Origin: Mesotaenium endlicherianum
Lineage: Eukaryota
Reading direction: 5' to 3'
Assembly: GCA_009602735.1 (NCBI GenBank)
Contig: WELA01003517.1
Coordinates: 17,776 to 81,775, forward strand
DNA length: 64,000 bases
Part shown: in pieces, positions 52,648-64,000 of the stretch
Position numbering within the stretch: the stretch's first letter is position 1
Layout of the letters: the number at the start of each line of letters is the position of its first letter
The notes under the pieces: generated by a model
Database searches by the model: none
What the model was told of the DNA's origin: nothing
Seen by the model: the letters and a program-made list of their open reading frames with translations, nothing else
Program-made: the position numbers and the translations under genes

Positions 52648-52772
52648 CAAGTCAGGTCTTACACATGTGGAGCAAACTAGTCAACAGTTTCAAGTCAGAT
52701 GCCACACATGTGAAGAGGACTAGTCAAAGGCGCCAAGTCAGGTGCTACACATGTAAGGTAGACTAGGCAAGG
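52648..52772. repeat. Three diverged 43-bp tandem repeats in the retrotransposon 3' untranslated region
   Basis: Units start at 52648, 52691 and 52734 with consensus CAAGTCAGRT...ACACATGT...ACTAGKCAA. Confidence 0.8.
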
Positions 52773-53379
52773 TCGTAGGTGGTGTGACCTTATTGGCTAG
52801 CCTACTCCTTAATGATAAAGAAAATTGTACAAGTTGGCCCAGAATCTGCCACGAACTCAAAAATTCATAGCGGCCACAGAACTGCTCCAAATCTGAAAAT
52901 TCGAGTGCCAGACGGACCGCGTCGGAGAACTCTACCGGGTCACCAAATTTGAGAGCATTCTCATTTCTGGAGTGTCGTTGAGAGCTGAGAGAGTAGGCAC
53001 TCCTCCAAATCTGTGCAGAAACTTCTGAAAATCATAAGTCCTTCTATACTTCTCCAAATTCTGCAAACTAAGTCTCAAACTGGGCGCTGTAAGATGTTCT
53101 ACCAGAGTCTTGAGTTTCAGAGCATTCCAAGTTCAGGGGAGGGCACAATGTCAGAAGGCATATTCTGCCCTAACAATGCCAGCAGCCTGACCCCCTTCTA
53201 CTTAGAGCATCATATCTCTCTCACCAGTGCTCCAAATTGAGCAAACTTGGACTCTAAATGACCGGCTACTCATGGACTACAGCCAGGTAAATTTTCAGAA
53301 TTTATTATGCAGAGACCTATTACCAGTAGCAGTTTTAGTTTTCTGTCCAGAAACTGCGAGAAGAGAAGAGTGTCTAATG

Positions 53380-56300
53380 TCAATTTTTCCTCTTTCTTGT
53401 TCTTGCAGGCTGCCTCCAAGGGGTCTTCTGCTGCTTCTTGATGGTGGCAGGCTGCCTCCCTGAAGTCTTCGGGCTTCTAGTAGAGAGACTTGGGGCTGGT
53501 CCAAGATGGGGGTTGGCGGCATGGAAGCGCTTCAACTTTCTCTGAACTTTGTCAAGGTAGTGCGCCGCCACCCAACTATTCTCCGAATCTGGATATCCTT
53601 TCCACTTGATCAAGTATTGCTGCTGTCTCCTGAAATTTCTCATAGCCACTATGTCTTCCACTTCGTACTCCAAATGATCATCCACTATTGTTGGGGCTGG
53701 TGGGGTTGTCACACGTCCTGGGAACTTGTTGTCGGGTTGCACATATGGCTTGAAGAGGGAAGCGTGGAATACGGGGTCGATGTGCATAGTCTGGGGAAGT
53801 TCTAGCTTGAAAGCAACGGGGTTGACTTGCTGGATAATCTTGAAGGGTCCCAAATACTTGGGAGAGAACTTGCTGCCGGCAGGCCTGTTGTTCAGGGAAA
53901 TGTTCTTGGATGATAGTAACACGTTGTCACCCACTCTGTACGTAATTTCTCTTCTGGATCTGTTCGCCACTCTTGCTTGAGCATCTTGCGCGTGTTGTAG
54001 AGCTTTCTTCGCTGCTGTAAGGGCTGCTTCTAATGTCTCCATAAAATCTGTGGCTGCAGGTACTTCATCATGGCCAGCCGTGAAGCTCAGTGGCGTGGTC
54101 GGATGGAAGCCATAGTTGAGGAAGAATGGGGACTCTTGGGTAGAGGCCTGCGTAGTGTTGTTGTAGGCAAACTCGAGGGGGGTCAAGTACATGTCCCAGT
54201 CTTGCTCGAGGGTAGACACGTAGGCCTTTAGAGAGGTCTTTAGGGTACGATTCATACGCTCGGTTTGCCCATCTGATTGTGGGTGGTAGGCAGTAGACAT
54301 ATCCAGCGATGTACCCAAGTTCTTGAAGAGATTTTTCCAGAAATGGCTTGTGAATCTTGGATCTCTATCTGACACAATTCTTGATGGTAGTCCATGGAGT
54401 CGGAAGATGTTGTCAAAGATGAGTCTTGCAAGTTGTGGTGCTGTAGCCTTAGTCGTCGTGGGAATAAAATGAGCCATCTTGGTAAGTCTGTCCACCGCCG
54501 TGAGTATTGCATTATGGCCTCGAGGTGTCACGGGCAAGTCCACGATAAGGTCCATTGAGATGTCCGTCCATTGTCTTTCGGGGATTGGTAGTGGTTGGAG
54601 GAGTCCTCCCGCCTTTTGCGATGATGGCTTGATTCTTTGGCATGTGTCACAGCTCCTGCAGTACTCCTTGACTTGCTTAGACATGCCTGGCCAACAATAA
54701 GTCCTAGCTAGAACGCCCGTGGTCCTTAGGATTCCAAAGTGTCCTCCAAGAGGGTTGTCGTGTGCTTCTCGTAGAAGCAAGAGCCGGAGGTCTAAGTCAT
54801 TAGGAACACATCTCTGGCCCGTATCTTGCCTCACCCAATAATTGCCTTCTTGCTTCTTGCATGGGTCCAAGGCTGCTTCTCCGTTCTTGTAGTAAGGGTC
54901 TCTTTCATAGGCGGCTGAAAATCGAGCTTCCAGATCTGTCTTCAGGGATACCATCACTGCATTTAATTGCAGTCTTGAGAGGGGGTCAGCCGGGTTTGTC
55001 TTGCCGGGCTGGTACTGAATCGTGATGTTGTATTGTTGCAAGTATCCGCTCCATCTTGCTTGTCTCCTTGAGAGATACGGCTGCGTTTGGAGGTGCTTTA
55101 ACGCCTCGTGGTCCGTGGTGACCAGTACTTTGCGTCCTTCAACGTAGCAGCGCCAAACCTTCAAGGCATGTACAATCGCCAATGCCTCTCGCTCCGTGGT
55201 TGTATAATTTTGCTCGGCTGGATTTAGCTTCCTTGACTCGTAGGCGATGGGCTGCAGTCCCTTGCCTTGGTCTTGAAGCAGGATTGCTCCTATTGCATAG
55301 GAAGATGCATCGGTGATGACGTGGAAGGGCCAATCTGGGTTTGGACTTGGGAGTGTGAGCACCGGGGATGTGGTCAATCTTCGCTTTAACTCTTGAAATG
55401 CCTCTTCCTCTTTCTCGGTCCATGTATATAGCCTGTCCTTCTTGAGTAGATCTGTCAGGGGGGCTGCTATGTGCGAGAAGCCTTGGATGAATTTTCTGTA
55501 CCAATTGGCAAATCCCAAGAATGACTGGAGTTCTTTCTTGGTCGTGGGGGTTGGCCATTCCTCCACCACCGTGGTCTTCTTGGGGTCCATCTTGATGCCA
55601 TCAGCAGTCACGTGGAGACCTAGGAACTCCACTTCTTGTTTGGCAAACTCGCACTTTGACTCCTTCGCAAATAGCTTGTTTTGCTTCAATACTTCAAGGA
55701 CTTCTTTCAAGTGTCTCGCATGCTCTTCAAGGGTCTTGCTGTAGATAAGGATGTCATCGATGAATACCACCACAAATCTGTCCAACATGGGCTGAAATAT
55801 GGTGTTCATCATAGTCATGAAAGTTGCTGGCGCGTTGGTGAGTCCAAATGGCAGGACCATGAACTCAAAATGTCCATATCTTGTCCTGAATGCCGTCTTC
55901 TCTATGTCCGGTTCTGCGATGCGAATCTGGTGGTAGCCGCTCCGTAAGTCAATCTTCGTGAAGTACTTGGCTCCAACCAGCCGGTCCATGAGCTCATCCA
56001 TGCGCGGCAGCGGGTATCGATTCTTGATGGTGATCTTGTTGAGGGCGCGATAGTCCACACACATCCTCAAGGTACCATCTTTCTTCTTGACAAATAGCAC
56101 CGGGGCTCCAAATGGCGACTTGCTAGGTCGAATGAAGCCATGCTCCAGTAGCTCCTTGATTTGCTTCTTGACTTCGTCTAGCTCCGTGTATGACATTTTG
56201 AACGTAGGCCGAGAGATGGGCTTGCTTCCGGGCTCCAACTCTATCTTGTGGTCTACGAATCTTTTGGGGGGTAGGCCCTTGGGCAATTCCGGGGAGAACA

Positions 56301-56990
56301 CTTCTTTGTAGTCCTCTAAGACTTCTTGTATCTCCTTGGGAACGGGGCTGCCTTCTTGACTCTCGATGTCTTTCTTGATGTCTTTTGGCGTGATCAAGGC
56401 CAAAAGAAGCTCGTGTCCCTTCCTCACAAGTCTCTTGAGTTGGAGGGCGGACAATAGTATCTCGTGTGCCGGCTTCTGGATGTCTTGGGTCTGGATATTC
56501 TGGATTGCGCGCAAAATACAGATTCTTGAAGTGATGTCATTCTTGATCTTGATAGTACCGGTCCTCCAATCAACTTGGGGGTTGTGCTTGGTCAACCAAG
56601 GCGTCCCTAGGATGACGTCGTACTTGCCCAATTGCATGGGGGAGAACACTACTCTATCCTTGAAGGACTTGATAGAGAGTGCCAAGGGGTACGTCTTCTT
56701 GGAAGGGGTAGTATAGGAGAATCCATCGGGCATCATAATCTCCTCGTCGTGGTCAAGAGTTCGCATAGTAATACCGTGCTTGGTGGCAAAATCTGCAGCA
56801 ATGAAGTTGCCTTGAGCTCCGCTATCCACCAAGATGTGGACCTTCTCTCCTCCAAGGTAACCTCTCAAACTCATTGGGGCTGGAACGTCGTCTTCAACGG
56901 GGGTCTCCACCTCACTTGGCGTGTTGCCTTCTCGTGAAGTGGGTCTTGGGGTGGTAGGCTCCTGGCCTACCGGCGCTGTCCGTTTTTTGA
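53380..56990 (-). CDS. pol: Retrotransposon Pol (protease, reverse transcriptase, RNase H, integrase, chromodomain), probably made by -1 frameshift from gag
   Basis: Open frame 57045-53380. Motifs [67 protein letters not shown] and [18 protein letters not shown]. Confidence 0.95.
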
Positions 56991-58247
56991 CAACTTTTTG
57001 GGGCATGAAAGTGCACGATGGCCCTTTTCCTTGCAATAAAAGCATAGTCCAGCCGTCATGAGAGCTTCTTTTTCAGCCGGGGAGAGTCTTGCTTTCACTC
57101 CTTGCTGGTTTCTTGCATCATAAGTGTCATTGGAGGGTCTTCCACTCTTCCGGGCAGCCGCGGGGTCCCTTTTAATAACTCCGATTTCCATGGGTGTGGG
57201 TCCAGATTCGGATGTGGAAGGGGCTGCGTACACCCGCGTCGTCGGTACCCGTGAAGATGAAGGCACGGAGTGCTTGAAATCCAAGGTATCCACCTTTTGG
57301 GCCACTTCAATGATCTTTGAGAAGTCCGTCAAGTCGCGTAACTCCACTTCCTTTGCCACCTTGGGTTTGAGGCCAAAGATGTAGCGGTCAATCTTCTCCT
57401 CGAGAGACATGTTGGGGATCTCAAGAGTGAGGGCGTGAAATCTGGATGTATACTCTTGAACGGACGTCGTTTGCTTGAGATGGTGGAGCTTTCCTCGGGC
57501 AATCTTCTCCGCATTGATGGGCATGAATTGCTTCTTGAGGGCCTCACGAAAATCTGCCCATCTTGCATATGATGGTGGGGGCTCTTGGCCGAGCATGGGG
57601 TGCGCCATAGCTTGATATATAGCCGCTTGATAGTTACGCCACCATGATGTTGCTGCTCCTCTAAGTAAGGTAACGGCAAAGGGAACGTAGTCCTCCTCGG
57701 GTACTTCAAGGAATGCGAGGTACGTCTCCACTTGGTAGAGCCATAAATTCAGGTTGGCACCTTTCCCGGGGTTGAAAGTGTCGGGTTTGCCGGGCTTGAT
57801 GAGTTTCCTTGCTCTCGTTGGCTCTTGTGGAGGCGCTTGAGCCGGGGCTGGATTTTGAGCATTGCTCGCAATAGGGGCAACCATGGCAGCCATAGCTTCT
57901 CTTGACGCTTGCACGGTTGCTTCATAGGTGGCCAAGCCCACTTGGTTGTGGACGGTCATTAGGAAGGCTGCCCACTCATTTGCGGGAACTCCTTGTGGTG
58001 GGGTCAACTTTGCTATAGCGGCTGCCACGGGATTTGACGGTGCTCCTCCTTGTGGTGCTTCTTGTTGTTGCAGATTTCCTTGAGTAGGCTCTCCCATCGA
58101 CGCTGGAGGAGGGTGTGCTCCTCCTTGTGGTGCTTCTTGTTGTTGCAGATTTTCTTGAGTGGGCTCTCCCATCGGCGCTGGAGGAGGGTGTCTTGGAGAG
58201 GAAGGGCTTCCTTCGAAAGCTTGCTGTTGGTCTTGAGGATCGGCCAT
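56967..58247 (-). CDS. gag: Retrotransposon Gag, 426 aa
   Basis: Retrotrans-gag-like core ([25 protein letters not shown]), PMEIG motif and CCHC knuckle [15 protein letters not shown] 25-aa unit is duplicated near the N-terminus. Confidence 0.95.
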   Translation of the reverse strand: MADPQDQQQAFEGSPSSPRHPPPAPMGEPTQENLQQQEAPQGGAHPPPASMGEPTQGNLQQQEAPQGGAPSNPVAAAIAKLTPPQGVPANEWAAFLMTVHNQVGLATYEATVQASREAMAAMVAPIASNAQNPAPAQAPPQEPTRARKLIKPGKPDTFNPGKGANLNLWLYQVETYLAFLEVPEEDYVPFAVTLLRGAATSWWRNYQAAIYQAMAHPMLGQEPPPSYARWADFREALKKQFMPINAEKIARGKLHHLKQTTSVQEYTSRFHALTLEIPNMSLEEKIDRYIFGLKPKVAKEVELRDLTDFSKIIEVAQKVDTLDFKHSVPSSSRVPTTRVYAAPSTSESGPTPMEIGVIKRDPAAARKSGRPSNDTYDARNQQGVKARLSPAEKEALMTAGLCFYCKEKGHRALSCPKKLSKNGQRR

Positions 58248-58271
58248 CTTCTTGTGCTACCAAAGTGCCTA

Positions 58272-58283
58272 GCTCCGATACCA
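58272..58283 (-). promoter_or_regulatory. Primer binding site, tRNA-iMet type
   Basis: TGGTATCGGAGC one base downstream of the 5' LTR; one difference from the common plant TGGTATCAGAGC. Confidence 0.85.
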
Positions 58284-58284
58284 C

Positions 58285-58787
58285 TGTAGTGAAACAGATA
58301 GATAAAGTACTTAGTAAAACAGAATACTTTATCTATTCAAGACAAGGATCTTTGAACACAAGTGGTAGCTTCTTGAAAGAGAGATGGCTTCTTGAAAGTT
58401 AATATATTTCTGGATTTTGGCAAGTACAAGAGTGATTCTGGAATGTCTTTCTATGTTCTAGCTCTTGTTTATATACTTGCTACATAAGTAATTTCTAGGA
58501 AAGTGTATGTTGATGTGTTGGCACCCAACACATCCCAAAACTTGCCACCTCTTTCTAGAATAATGTACACATGTCCTTTTGACCTAAAAATGGCACATTT
58601 GACTTTTGCCACATGGAGTTCTTCTAGGTCTTTCCTCTAACTTCGAAAATGCCTTGGAAGGTTCAAAGGACATGAACCAAGTTACTAGAGTACCTATTCA
58701 CACTTGACTCCACACAAAACTACTCCAAATATATTCGAAAACATTAAAATATATGCAAACTAATATATAATAACTCAAATCACTACA
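58285..58787 (-). repeat. 5' LTR
   Basis: 503 bp; about five substitutions relative to the 3' LTR by manual comparison. Confidence 0.96.
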
Positions 58788-59103
58788 CATTTGGTTTTTG
58801 CAATCCAATTATGCGTTTTCCCTTCACTTCATATTCTTGTTGTTCATGTATAGCAATACCCTGTACTTGATTTGTATGATTTGTGTCTCATTTACCATCT
58901 TATTGTCTGTGATTATTATGTAACGGATTCTTGCAAATATTACAATTTTTAGTCAGAATGAATGTCAAAGTGATTAAATTACAGTACGAGAGCCTAAATA
59001 GTGATTTTGCGTATGGAGGAAACATCAAAGACCTTCATAAAATGTTGACACTCGTGAGTTTGAAGTGGTTTGAAGACTTAAGCCCATGTTATAAAAAAAG
59101 TAT

Positions 59104-59997
59104 GGGAAAATTATGATTCTGCCCTCCAAAGATCAAAAATGGAGGCGAAGTACCCTGCAACTTTGAAAGAATATGGAAATGCCCTCACGTTAAGCCTTCC
59201 TAGTCACGGTCACTCCACCTGGCGAATATGACGTGGCCGACCTGACACCTCTTTTTTTCCATCTTCTCCTTGCTGTTTTTGCCCCTTCTCCTTGCTGCTC
59301 CTTGCAGCTTTCGAAAGTGCGAGTGAAAGGCCAATTTGCACTTCAAAATTTTCTACTTTGCACCCTCTGAGTCTTTTCAAATTTGCATCCTTCGAGTTCA
59401 CGGTCATGCACCCCCTCACTTACCTTCACATTCGAATGTCAAAAACTGCGTGGTATGTACGTAGGTTCGATGTTACCGCCAAAATATTGAAAACGAGTTC
59501 ACTCCAAAAGCCAACGAAGTGCTCGAACTTTCGCCTCTCGCTTGGCAGGAGATCACGACCTGGCGAATATGATTGATGAGAGGCCCAAGTGTAGGGTTTT
59601 GGTTTTATTAGGGTTCCGAACATTCTGGCGTGAAGATCCTGTGGTATATGTGATGTACAAAACACATGACGATGTAGGAAGTATCGCAAATTTGGTGATT
59701 CCGGCTGTGAGGAAAGGGTGACCGTAAACTCGAAGGATGCCAAGCTGAAAATTTTGAACTGCAAATTGGCCTTTCACTCGCACTTTCGGAAGCTGCAAGG
59801 AGCAGCACGGGGAAGGGGCATAAAAAGTAGGGAGAAGTTGGGAAAAAAAGAGGTATCAGGTCAGACACGTCATGTTCGCCAGGTGGAGTGACCGTGACTA
59901 GGAAGACTTAACGTGAGGGCATTTTCATATTCTTTCAAAGTTGCAGGGTACTTTGCCTCCATTTTCGATCTTTGGAGGGTAAAATCATAATTTTCCC
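59104..59997. mobile_element. Non-autonomous Mutator-like (MULE/foldback) element with about 300-bp TIRs
   Basis: Starts GGGAAAATTATGATT and ends AATCATAATTTTCCC. Arms about 59104-59420 and 59707-59997 are imperfect reverse complements. Exact 9-bp TSD AAAAAGTAT at 59095-59103 and 59998-60006. Confidence 0.9.
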
Positions 59998-60828
59998 AAA
60001 AAGTATATGCAAGACCTCTGCCACCCTCTGCAATTCGTACAATCGTAACTAATTGATTTTTCCATGTAGTGATAGTTTTTGGATGTTTTTGACCGGCACG
60101 AGGATGCCCCTTAAAACCCTACATTTTGAGTCGGGTGTTGGTTGAAATCCAAATATTCCCTGCCCGGGTGTTGCCAAAATCCGAGGATTTTGTCGAATCC
60201 TGGGGCCTGGCGTTGTGTAAGGCAAGATTGATCAAAACGACAAATGAAAGTCAATCAGGTACGTCGCAACTGGCCAGTAGTGGTCACATATATCACTGCG
60301 GACAAGCATGTGATGATTATGAGACGAATTTACGATGAGTGCGGTGGAGTGCGGGCTACGTTGGTCCGAACTGGTGCGAACCAGGTGACAGCAGCTCGAG
60401 AGGGAGCGCGCCAGCATTCGATGTTCCCTCGTGCTGCTCCTACAAGAGCGTTTGACGAGGAAACGCCAGTCCCAGCCAGCCAAGTCAGAACATGATTGTG
60501 CCTCGGCGCGTTTCCCCTTTTACGTGCTGCGATGCGCGTTACCATGAACTCTCTGTGCCACTGTGCTAAGACCTCAGATTGAATTTTCCAAGAATGGCAG
60601 AAGGCCCTGATGATGAGTAACCTGGTTGGTGTAAGAATGCTTCTTATTTTACATATGTGCAATTAGTGTGACATCATGGTGCCTCTGAGGTGCCGGGGTT
60701 GTGACAGGCCCATCAAGCAGTTGAATGACTGCCTGCTCTGTCCTGCCTGCCTGCAACAAGCGGCAGGCGTGAGGAGGCATGTCACTCAAGGAGTATGGAA
60801 GACCAAGTATGGTGTATCCTTTGGCAGG

Positions 60829-63587
60829 ATGACACGAATATCGGAGCTTCTGGACGAAGCAAGGAGCAGGACCCTGCTTGTCCTCGTGTTTATCGCTGTC
60901 GTGGCTTACGCCCTATCTTGTACGTGCTCGCTTGTGAACTTTATCGCACTATTTTCATGAGCCTCTCATGCTCCTAGGGGTTTCCGTGTTCCTGTATGGG
61001 ACATGGTAACTTCGTATAAACTTGCGCATGTTGCCTCAAAGTCCTCTGTTGACACCTCAACACGTCTGCTACAAAAGCCCTTCCAAAAGGAAAACGGAAC
61101 GATGCTTGTATTTCAAATTTTCCATTCAGATAATTTGAACGGAGCTGCAACTTCCTGGTCCTCATGGACCGCTATAACCTCTACACCATACACATCATAA
61201 AAAGAAGGTTCAGAGGGAGGTGAATGGCGCTGGAAATTGTGGCTCTCTATGAGTCGTCGATTACGTCATTGGGGTAAATGTGTGGCTTGGACCGCTCACC
61301 TCATCGATGATCTGCGGGCCTGCATGTCCCATGCAAGCCCTGCTTGACAGGTCTTCTGATTCTGATCTGAAGCAGGACCAATCAAATAGTGAGGGCTTGT
61401 GCCGCGAACACAAAGACACCAGTCCCTGAAATGGAAAAGCTTTGTACACTGTCCATCCTGCTTGCAGCGCTGCCCTGGGTGGGCCAACCCCAACAGCACT
61501 TCTCTCCCCCTCCTGGTTCTCTTTTAGCCACATTGATTTGGAAGATCGATCCGCGCTTGTCACGTCTGCTGCAGTGACGAGCGCGTCAGTGCTGGTCAAC
61601 GTGCCACTTGCCATCCTCCTGGTGGCCGTGATGCGACGGCTCTCGTTCGAGTTCGAGATCCGGTGGAAGCATCAGCCGGCAGTGCTTGCCAGGGACCTGC
61701 AGCCGGGAATGCGCCAGGTGTCCGCCGAGGAGGCTCTCCTGGGCTCCAATAGGGGCTCGCCAGGCGGCAGCCAGTGGAGACGAGCCGTCGATTGCCCCCG
61801 AGTCGAAGCTGCCCTCAGTGACCTCATCCACTTGCTCCTCAAGTGAGTGGGCAGACTCTCCCAGCTCTTCCAGCTCTTCCAGCCCATTCAGCCCTTTCAG
61901 CTCTCTCTGCCCTTCCAGCTCTCCCAGCTCTTAAAGTCCCCTTCCAGTCCTCTGCCGGTCCTCGTCCAGTCCTCTCTGGCGGCTGTTCCAGCCCTTTCAC
62001 TCCATGCAGCCCTTCCGGCCCTTCCAGCCCTTCCAGCCCTTCCAGCAGTGGTGCATTCGCCTCTTCCAGCTCTCTCAGTCCCTCCAGCTCTTCCAGGATC
62101 AAGCGCCTGGCTCCTGGCACGGCTGCGAGTGAAGTTAGATGAGGACAGCCTGTGGCGTGAGTGCTGGGAATGAAAAGTGGTCATGGAGTGCAGCGGCTGG
62201 GTGGGGTGCAAGAGCTGCCCCAGTGGAGCAGGCGTTTTTTTCTTTGCATGCGCTGCGGGGACGGGTGGGTGGCTGGGTGGGCTGGCAAAAGGGGGCTTGC
62301 TTCATCACCCAAGTTTCGGAGATTGCAGCCGCTCCTTTTGAGAAGGAGCGCTGGTGCTGGGAGGACTGTTGATGATGCAGCCCGCCCGCCCCTCGCAAGG
62401 TCGAGGAGAGGGAGGGGGAGGGGGAGGGGGAGGGGGTGCGAAAGCAGCAGCAGGAAGAGAAGAAGCAGGAGTCGCGCAGCAGCAGAGCGCCACAGAGGCA
62501 GGCAGGCAGGCAGGCAGGCAGTCGCTGCCACCTGGCAGGCCAGCCCCAGCTCTCCTCCAATGCTCCCGGGGGCTCGGACAAAAGCCAACGAGCACATGTA
62601 CAGCCCCTTTCAGGAGCCCTCGCTGCTTCCCAGACGTTTGTGAGTTTGAATCATCAACTAGAATGCAACAACCGCGTGCACAGCTTGAGAGGTATAGCTG
62701 GTGGAGGATGCACCCACAGCAGGCGCAGCGCTACAAGACGGAGGGTGGGGCAAATCAGGAGAGAAGGGAAGAGAAAAGGACGGGAGGGAAGAAGAGTAGA
62801 GGGCAAGAGAGGAAGGGTGGGGGNGAGGCAATTAGGGTTTTGGCAGAGCTTGTGGAAGAGGGAGCAGGGGGAGGGCTGGCACTCGCTGGCCTCCCGGCTG
62901 GCGGTTGAGCTGGCATGCTGGAAGAGGCGGCTGTCTGCTGGCATCGTGCCCCGCTCTTCCCTCTGCTGATCTTACCCTTCCATGGCTGCAGCCTCTCTGT
63001 TCATGGCTGCAGCTGCTGTGCTGACCACCGAGGTGTCCTCAGTTGCTGGGCGCGGCTGGGGCTGTGAGAGCAGGGCCACCTGGTGGTAGAAGGGGTGCAG
63101 CGCGAGGTGGGACTGCAGGGTTTGCTGTGTCAGCAGTGCAGTGAGGCTGCCAGCTGGGCCGGGCATGGGTGGGTCCTTCTGGGGGGCTAGCATCCCGTTT
63201 CTCTCGGGTGCAGTTTGCATGATGCAACGGGGGAGAGGTGCGCCTCACGCGATATCTTCCAATGCATGCAGGAAAGTCTCTGCTGACAGGCGCTGACTGT
63301 GCTTTGGGGTGGGCAAGTGCTCACACATGCTTTTGTCCGTCGTTGCCAATATGCGTGGCGTATGGCGCGTGCGTGCGTGCGCGCGTGCGTGGGTGTGCGT
63401 GTGCGTGCGTGGTGTGCGGGTGGTGCTGCTGCTGCTGCGGAGGCAGGGAGTTTGTGACGGACATGTTCTACGCGTACCTGACGCCGGACAAGGACCTGCC
63501 GCTGGAGGTGCGCGCCACGCTGCTGCACGCGGCGGGCGAGGTGGCGGCGCGCGTCAAGCGCGTCAATCTCGTGGCGCTGCTCACGCG
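60829..63587 (+). CDS. PXA-domain protein (plant PXA-PX-nexin C type), 5' part; continues beyond the window
   Basis: Exons 60829-60919, 61575-61842, 63447-63587, in phase. ISELLDEARSR, two TM segments, NVPLAIL, WRRAVDCPRVEAAL, FVTDMFYAYLTPDKD and GEVAARVKRVNLVALLTR. The start codon could lie further upstream. Confidence 0.85.
61855..62097. repeat. Degenerate 9-bp minisatellite (CCAGCYCTT) in an intron
   Basis: Recurring ccagctctt / ccagccctt units immediately after the exon 2 donor. Confidence 0.7.
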
Positions 63588-64000
63588 GTCCGTTGCCCTG
63601 CTCCTCCCCCCCCTTCTGCCACCTCCTCCTCCCCCTCCTCCTCTTCCTCCTCCTCCTCCTCCACTCCCTCCTGCGCCTGCTTCTGCGCCTGCGCCTGCCC
63701 TCGCTCTTCTCCCCTTCCCCGTTCCTCCCAGTGCGCAGCATTTCCTATTGCATGACTTTCTTGCTCCCGGCGCTGCTCCCGCTGGAGCTAGTGTCTGCAC
63801 CTGAGCCTCTACTTCCAACACGCATGTCAGTTTATTCGCCTGCCGCAGGCCCCGGGTGAATGGGCAGAGAGTGCCAGCTGGCTGCAGCAAGCAGGGCTCT
63901 GGGCTTTAAGTGGGAGGAATGGATGGGGTGGAGGGGAAAGCAGTACTTTTGAGTGTCATCAGAGGATGAGTTTTCTGGATGATGTCAACCTTAGACAATA

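Larger units (their letters stand above)
52108..58787 (-). mobile_element. Full-length Ty3/gypsy chromovirus LTR retrotransposon, 6680 bp
   Basis: Two 503-bp TG...CA LTRs, 5-bp TSD CATTT (52103-52107 and 58788-58792), PBS, PPT, intact gag and pol in PR-RT-RH-IN-chromodomain order. Confidence 0.97.

Noticed and set aside
52648..52772. CRISPR-like repeat-spacer array
   Set aside because: Eukaryotic context inside a retrotransposon; units are homologous along their length, with no unique spacers and no cas genes.

Overview
Eukaryotic, intron-rich genomic DNA of the green-plant lineage. Plant-type genes, GC-rich internal exons and microsatellite-filled introns suggest a streptophyte alga (inference). 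Eight spliced protein-coding genes were reconstructed by hand with phase-consistent GT-AG junctions: cohesin loader MAU2/SCC4 (-, runs off the window start); a peroxisomal enoyl-CoA hydratase ending in AKL (+); phosphoacetylglucosamine mutase (-); a small Cys-rich single-pass membrane protein with PPPY motifs (+); a prolyl 4-hydroxylase with a ShK domain (+); a bacterial-type polyphosphate glucokinase with five introns (+); a degenerate HAD-fold protein (-); and the 5' part of a PXA-domain protein (+). Mobile DNA comprises a young, intact chromodomain Ty3/gypsy retrotransposon (503-bp LTRs, CATTT TSD, probable -1 frameshift), a non-autonomous Mutator-like element with a 9-bp TSD, and a probable CAC...GTG MITE. 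Two observations stand out. First, the P4H gene carries a tandem pair of homologous same-phase exons that look mutually exclusive and encode the substrate-binding loop. Second, the ppgK gene is a prokaryotic-type enzyme in a eukaryotic gene structure, a horizontal-transfer candidate. All family assignments come from recalled motifs; no database search was run.
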